A stretch of DNA of 32,000 bases from an archaeon (GTDB lineage Archaea > Iainarchaeota > Iainarchaeia > Iainarchaeales > 1-14-0-10-31-34): NCBI GenBank assembly GCA_024277355.1, contig JAJRVL010000004.1, forward strand, positions 1 to 32,000, given 5' to 3'. A model generated the notes under the pieces. It searched no databases and had not been told where the DNA came from. It worked only from the letters and a program-made list of their open reading frames with translations. A program made the translations under genes and the position numbers. This document shows, piece by piece, positions 27,300-32,000 of this stretch. Position 1 is the stretch's first letter; each line of letters starts with the position of its first letter.

Positions 27300-27792
27300 A
27301 AGAATTCATAAAAAACCCGGAACAAAAGCTTATGAAAAAAGTGTAAAAAAAACTGCAAGAAGAACTGTTTCGAATATTATTAAGTATAATAAAAAACCCG
27401 GTTCAGCGGGTTTAATTATTAACAAACTAAAAAAAGAATATAAAAAAAATTATGTTGGAGAAAAAACTAATGCAATTCTTGAAACTTTTAAGTTAATTAA
27501 ATTGTATTCCGGTAAACCTAAAAGTTATTATTCAAATCTAAGAAAAAATTTAACTAAAAATTATTCTGAAATAGAAATCAAGGTAGCTCAACTTAAATTA
27601 AATCCAAATAATGTTTCAGCATTAATTGAATTAAAAAATTTATTTTTAAGAAATTCGTCTTTTATTAGTAAGCTTGAAAGTGAATTAGATTCTCCTAATG
27701 AAAAAAAATTATATTTTGATGAACTAAAAAACAACAGGCAGATTATAACAAACTTAACTAAAAAAATTAACTCACTAAAAAATGATTTTTAA
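27292..27792 (+). CDS. Hypothetical basic protein
   Basis: MPKRIHKKPGTKAYEKSVKKTARRTVSNIIKYNKK..., overlaps the upstream gene by 8 nt. Internal ATG preferred over the track start. Confidence 0.55.
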   Translation: MPKRIHKKPGTKAYEKSVKKTARRTVSNIIKYNKKPGSAGLIINKLKKEYKKNYVGEKTNAILETFKLIKLYSGKPKSYYSNLRKNLTKNYSEIEIKVAQLKLNPNNVSALIELKNLFLRNSSFISKLESELDSPNEKKLYFDELKNNRQIITNLTKKINSLKNDF

Positions 27793-28439
27793 TTTTCTAT
27801 TTCTTTAATTATTTCATCAAAGATTGGTTTAATTTTATCTAAGATTGGTTCTGCATCAACTTCTTTTAATAATCCTTTTTCTTTGTAATAATCAATTAAA
27901 GGTTTAGTTTGTTTTTTGTATTCTTCTAATCTTTTCATTATTGCCTGTTTTTTGTCATCTTCTCTTATAATTAATTCTCCGCCGTCTACATCACATTTTC
28001 CTTTTTCTTTTGGCGGAAGAAATTTTTCATGATAAACTTTGTTGCAAGTCTTGCAAGTTAATCTTCCTCCAATTCTTTCAAAAGTTGTTTCATCTGAAAT
28101 AGTAAAATTAATTACTGCATTAATTTTCATGTTTAAATGATTAATTATATTTTCAAGTAATTCAGCTTGTTTTAATGTTCTTGGATAACCATCTAATATA
28201 ATTCCATTATTTTTTTCTTTTTCAATTTTTTTTTCAATTAATTCTGCAATTAATTCATCTGGAACCAGTAAACCTTTATTCATTATTTCTTTTGCTTTTT
28301 TTCCTGTTTCTGTTTCGGCTTTAACTTCAGCTCTAAGCAAGTCTCCTGCACTAATCTGCACTAAACCTTTTGTATTTCCTAAATATTGTGCAAAAGTTCC
28401 TTTTCCTGCTCCTTGTTGTCCTAAAAAAATCAAGTTCAT
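27789..28439 (-). CDS. adk: Adenylate kinase, long form with Cys-containing lid
   Basis: IFLGQQGAGKGTFAQYLG, GIILDGYPRTLKQAE, lid GGRLTCKTCNKVYHEKFLPPKEKGKCDVDGGELIIREDD. Confidence 0.95.
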   Translation of the reverse strand: MNLIFLGQQGAGKGTFAQYLGNTKGLVQISAGDLLRAEVKAETETGKKAKEIMNKGLLVPDELIAELIEKKIEKEKNNGIILDGYPRTLKQAELLENIINHLNMKINAVINFTISDETTFERIGGRLTCKTCNKVYHEKFLPPKEKGKCDVDGGELIIREDDKKQAIMKRLEEYKKQTKPLIDYYKEKGLLKEVDAEPILDKIKPIFDEIIKEIEN

Positions 28440-28493
28440 GTTTTCACCAAAAAAATAAAACTACAAAACTTTTTTAAACTTAGAAACTTACTT

Positions 28494-29327
28494 TTATTTT
28501 GCTTTAAAATCGATTACAACTTGTATTTTACTTGCACTAAAAGGTCTTACTTGTCTTTTATTTAATAAAATAAATTTTCTTTTCTGTTTAATGCATTCAT
28601 TTTTAGCTCGTTTAACTGCTTCATCAAAAGCAGTTTCTTTTTTTAACACTTGATAAAAATGAATTATTCCTCCTTTCTTTAAAGCTTTAAGTGAAGCTTT
28701 CAGAAAAGTTTCTCCTCCATGAGGCATAGGCATTGTGATTCTGTCAAGATTTTTTAGTTTTGCTGAGGCAATTTTATTTACATCTCCTTTTAATACTTCG
28801 ATTTTTTCTTCACATTTATTTAACTTAATGTTTTCTTTCATAAATTTAACTGCATTAGGATTTAATTCAACTGCAAATGCTTTTTTCATAAAAGAATTTT
28901 TTGTAAAAACAATCGGGTAAGGACCTATTCCTGCAAAAAAACAGCCAATTTTTTCTCCTTTTTTTATTAATTTTGAAATTCTTAATCTTTCATTACACAA
29001 ACGGGGAGAAAAAAAAGTTTTTCTTACATCAAAAACAAATCGACAGGCAGATTCTTTGTATTCTGTAATAAACTTTTTTTCTCCTGCAATAATTTTCAAA
29101 GGCTGTAACCTGTATTTTCCTTTATGTGGTCCTGAAATTTTGCAGACTGTTTTAATATTTTTATTTAATTTAATTATTGTGTTTCCAATTAGTTTTTCTT
29201 TTTTTTCTAATTCTTTTGGAATTTCAATTACTGCGATATTTCCTAATGAATCAAAACTTTTAACAAAAACTTCTTTTTCTTTTTTTGAAAGCTTTTTTTC
29301 AAGAATTTCCTTTAAATTTCCTGCCAT
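28494..29327 (-). CDS. tRNA methyltransferase of the Trm5/Tyw2 family
   Basis: DVRKTFFSPRLCNERLRISKLIKKGEKIGCFFAGIGPYPI, AVELNPNAVKFMKENIKLNK, RITMPMPHGGETFLKASL. Confidence 0.85.
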   Translation of the reverse strand: MAGNLKEILEKKLSKKEKEVFVKSFDSLGNIAVIEIPKELEKKEKLIGNTIIKLNKNIKTVCKISGPHKGKYRLQPLKIIAGEKKFITEYKESACRFVFDVRKTFFSPRLCNERLRISKLIKKGEKIGCFFAGIGPYPIVFTKNSFMKKAFAVELNPNAVKFMKENIKLNKCEEKIEVLKGDVNKIASAKLKNLDRITMPMPHGGETFLKASLKALKKGGIIHFYQVLKKETAFDEAVKRAKNECIKQKRKFILLNKRQVRPFSASKIQVVIDFKAK

Positions 29328-29504
29328 AAAAAACTAATCAAAAGAAATAATTAAGAATTGTTTTGAAAAACTCCTTTAAAATCAATTTTTTTCAACTGTA
29401 AGTATTGTTTTAATCTGATTTTCTGAATTATCAGGTTAGGTGTGCCTTATATTAGTTTGTGTTTGTGCATTAGCTATATAATACTTTTTTTTAATTAAGA
29501 TTTT

Positions 29505-30359
29505 ATGGTTTTTGAACTAATCAATGAATTTTTTATTAATCCTATTACAAGTCATTCAGGATATAATTTAATTAACACTTTTGTTTACGCAGGCATACTT
29601 TTAGCTGTGGCATTTTTAGTTGTTTTTCCTTTTTTTAAAAAAAAAGGAATTTCATTTGATTTTGAATTCTTTAAAGCAGTTTTTCCTTTTATTGTATTAG
29701 GTTCAACTATAAGAATTTTTGAAGAAAATTATTCTGCCGTTTATTTAGAATTATTTGAACGTTCAACTAATCCTTTTTCTTTTGGTTTCTATACAGTTTC
29801 TCCAGGAATATATATTTTTATTGGATTACTTACAATTTTCAGTTTAATTCTTTCTTTTTATCTTTCAAAATACTTAAACAAAAAACCTTTAGAAGTTTTT
29901 ATGGGAATAGGAATTTTGCTTAGTGTTCCTGTTGTATTATTCCATTTAATTAATTTAACTCATGCATTTGAATTCTTTTTTGTTTTTGGAGCAGCAGCAA
30001 TAATAGTTTTTATTGTAAAAATTTTAAGTGAAAAATTAAATCAAAATTTTTTATCCAGCAAATTAAATCTGGCAGTTATTATGGGGCAGACTTTAGACGG
30101 TGTTGCAACTTTTACTGCATTAACTTTCTTTTCTTCTTATAGTGAACAGCATGTTTTTTCTGATTTGATTATTCAAAATTTTTCTCCTGCTGCATTTATT
30201 TTAGTTAAAGTCATTTTGTCAATTCTTGTTTTATGGTATGTTGACAAAGAAGTTGAAGACGAAAAATTAAGAAACTTCATTAAAATTTTTGTAATTATAA
30301 TTGGTTTTGCTCCGGGAATAAGAGATGCTTTTAGTTTAGGATTAACTACTCTTCCATAA
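29505..30359 (+). CDS. DUF63-family membrane protein
   Basis: INEFFINPITSHSGYNLINTFVYAGIL, FPFIVLGSTIRIFEE, MGQTLDGVATFTAL. Confidence 0.82.
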   Translation: MVFELINEFFINPITSHSGYNLINTFVYAGILLAVAFLVVFPFFKKKGISFDFEFFKAVFPFIVLGSTIRIFEENYSAVYLELFERSTNPFSFGFYTVSPGIYIFIGLLTIFSLILSFYLSKYLNKKPLEVFMGIGILLSVPVVLFHLINLTHAFEFFFVFGAAAIIVFIVKILSEKLNQNFLSSKLNLAVIMGQTLDGVATFTALTFFSSYSEQHVFSDLIIQNFSPAAFILVKVILSILVLWYVDKEVEDEKLRNFIKIFVIIIGFAPGIRDAFSLGLTTLP

Positions 30360-30437
30360 AATAAATCTGAAATTAAAATTGAAAATAAAAATAGAGGAAA
30401 GAAACTAATTCTTTCCCTTAAAAAATTACTTTATTAT

Positions 30438-30554
30438 TTATCGTTTTTTCTTTTTTTTGGTTGTTTTCTTTTTAGTAACTTTTTTCTTTTTAGTCACTTT
30501 CTTTTTTTTGGTTGTTTTCTTTTTAGTTGTTTTCTTTTTCTTTTTTGCTGCCAT
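30438..30554 (-). CDS. 38-aa Lys/Thr repeat protein (not in supplied ORF track)
   Basis: Reverse strand GGAGG-ttaaattt-ATG opens MAAKKKKKTTKKKTTKKKKVTKKKKVTKKKTTKKKKKR* (complement of tta at 30438-30440). Confidence 0.6.
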   Translation of the reverse strand: MAAKKKKKTTKKKTTKKKKVTKKKKVTKKKTTKKKKKR

Positions 30555-30651
30555 AAATTTAACCTCCTTTTATAAAAAAATTTATTTAACAAAATAAAGG
30601 TTTTATAATATTTAAATGTTTTGTTTTAAATGTAATTTTAGAGGGTAAAAA

Positions 30652-31413
30652 ATGTTTTTTTTAATTGGAATCGGGCTGAAAAAAAATAATTTAACTTTAG
30701 AAGCGCAAAAAAAAATAAAAAAATGCAAAAAAGTTTTTTTAGAATCATATACAAGTATTTATTCAGAAGGAAAAATTTCTGAATTAGAAAAAGAAACCGG
30801 AAAAAAAATAATTTTTCTTGAAAGAAAACAAGTTGAAGAAAAAACTGAAATCTTTTCTTCTGCAAAAAAAGAAGATATTGCTTTGCTGGTTTATGGAAAT
30901 CCTTTAAGTGCAACAACGCATCTTTCTTTAATTTCAGAATTAAAAGAAAAGAAAATTCCTTTTAAAATCATCCCGGGAATTTCAGTTTTTAATTTTATTT
31001 CTTTTACTGGATTACAGGAATACAAATTTGGAAAAACAGTTTCAGTTGTTTTCCAGAGGGAAAATTATGCTCCTGAATCATTTTTTAGTTCAATTGAAAA
31101 AAACAAGTTAATAGGACTGCACACTTTATGTCTGCTTGACATTGAAGCAAAAGAAAAAAAGTATATGAAAATAAATGAAGCATTAAATATTCTTGAATCA
31201 ATTGAAAGGAAAAAAGAAAAAAGAATTATTTCTGAAAGCGTTTTAATAGGCATTGCAAGAGCAGGTTCAGATAAAATGAAAATAAAAGCAGGAACTTTAA
31301 ATGAATTAAAGAAATTTGATTTTGGAAAACAACCTCATTCGTTAATTGTGTGCGGAAAACTAAGTGAAGATGAAAAAGAGTTTTTAAGAATTTTTTCTGA
31401 CTGGGAAGAATAA
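30652..31413 (+). CDS. dphB: Diphthine synthase
   Basis: MFFLIGIGLKKNNLTLEAQKKIKKCKKVFLESYTS, LLVYGNPLSATTHLSL, IIPGISVFNFISFTGLQEYKFG. Confidence 0.93.
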   Translation: MFFLIGIGLKKNNLTLEAQKKIKKCKKVFLESYTSIYSEGKISELEKETGKKIIFLERKQVEEKTEIFSSAKKEDIALLVYGNPLSATTHLSLISELKEKKIPFKIIPGISVFNFISFTGLQEYKFGKTVSVVFQRENYAPESFFSSIEKNKLIGLHTLCLLDIEAKEKKYMKINEALNILESIERKKEKRIISESVLIGIARAGSDKMKIKAGTLNELKKFDFGKQPHSLIVCGKLSEDEKEFLRIFSDWEE

Positions 31414-31472
31414 AAATAGAAGCATAGTAATCAATGAATAAAAAAATTAATGGTATTTTGGAGTGAAAAATA

Positions 31473-31784
31473 ATGACTAAACAAAAAGAATTTAATTTAG
31501 AAAAAAAATTATATGAAAAAGTTGAAAAATATTTTTTGTTGACTGAAAAAGCATTAAATAAAATTGAATTAAAGGAAAATTTAACTGAAAAAGAAAAAAG
31601 CACTGCAGAAGACTTTTTAAGCATGGCAAACAATTATTTTTCTGATGCAAAACATTTTTCTGAAAAAAATGATTTGTTGAATGCTTTAGCTTCTTTGTCT
31701 TATGCTCATGCATGGCTCGATGCAGGAATTCGTTCAGGAATTTTTGATGGAAAAGAAGACGATAAGCTTTTTACTTTAAAGTAA
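31473..31784 (+). CDS. DUF357-family protein
   Basis: AEDFLSMANNYFSDAKHFSEKNDLLNALASLSYAHAWLDAGIRSGIF. Confidence 0.8.
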   Translation: MTKQKEFNLEKKLYEKVEKYFLLTEKALNKIELKENLTEKEKSTAEDFLSMANNYFSDAKHFSEKNDLLNALASLSYAHAWLDAGIRSGIFDGKEDDKLFTLK

Positions 31785-31822
31785 GTTTTTTATATTTCAA
31801 AAGCTTTATTTTAGTGGTTTAA

Positions 31823-32000
31823 ATGAGTATTTATGATGAAACAAAATCAATGTCAATGCCGAAATTTTCTTTTCGTTTTGAAAAATTAAAGTTGCCAATT
31901 ATTGGAGTAATTTTAATTTTAGTTATTGCTTTTTTGATTGTTTCTGGTTCCTCTTTATTTGAACCTGATCCCTTGCTTATTTCATTTGAAAATAATGCTT
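31823..32000 (+). CDS. Hypothetical single-pass membrane protein (3' partial)
   Basis: MSIYDETKSMSMPKFSFRFEKLKLPIIGVILILVIAFLIVSGSSLFEPDPLLISFENNA..., open to the window end. Confidence 0.6.
   Translation, partial: MSIYDETKSMSMPKFSFRFEKLKLPIIGVILILVIAFLIVSGSSLFEPDPLLISFENNA

Noticed and set aside
30638-31713. Minus-strand ORFs (92, 62, 135, 73 aa) opposite dphB and DUF357
   Set aside because: Phe/Leu/Lys-rich antisense translations of AT-rich coding sequence. Sense genes have firm family motifs.
1-32000. CRISPR array, transposon or prophage
   Set aside because: No evenly spaced direct repeats with unique spacers, no transposase, integrase, capsid or terminase motifs seen.

Overview
This is an AT-rich, compact archaeal segment, probably chromosomal and possibly from a DPANN-type lineage (that placement is inference). 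Archaeal and informational genes with recognisable motifs: TFB, FEN-1 with a C-terminal PIP box, RNase HII, ribosomal protein L35Ae, diphthine synthase, a Trm5/Tyw2-like methyltransferase, ScpA and ScpB, a KaiC-like ATPase, DUF357 and DUF63 proteins, S-adenosylhomocysteinase, adenylate kinase and endonuclease IV. I see no rRNA, confident tRNA, CRISPR array or transposase. Main observations: (1) two conserved enzyme genes, a HAD hydrolase at 960-1619 and a PfkB kinase at 25488-26390, are each split by a single in-frame TAA with homologous-looking protein on both sides; (2) an ArmA/FmrO-like 16S rRNA methyltransferase homologue at 5079-5993; (3) a secreted protein at 17898-19214 with 11 tandem C-x(6-10)-C units separated by exactly 7 residues, in a cell-surface cluster whose 880-aa member ends in an LPETN + hydrophobic helix + KKK tail, with a thioredoxin-like/CcdA pair elsewhere in the window; (4) a secreted protein of about 32% tyrosine at 14296-14772, inserted with a methyltransferase between scpB and scpA; (5) three small Lys-rich proteins, one of 38 aa (30438-30554) absent from the ORF track; (6) a perfect 7-2-7 inverted repeat upstream of the ferredoxin gene; (7) two small toxin-antitoxin-like modules, one in unusual convergent overlapping layout. 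No single observation proves a new system. The surface cluster and the two in-frame stops are the strongest leads.
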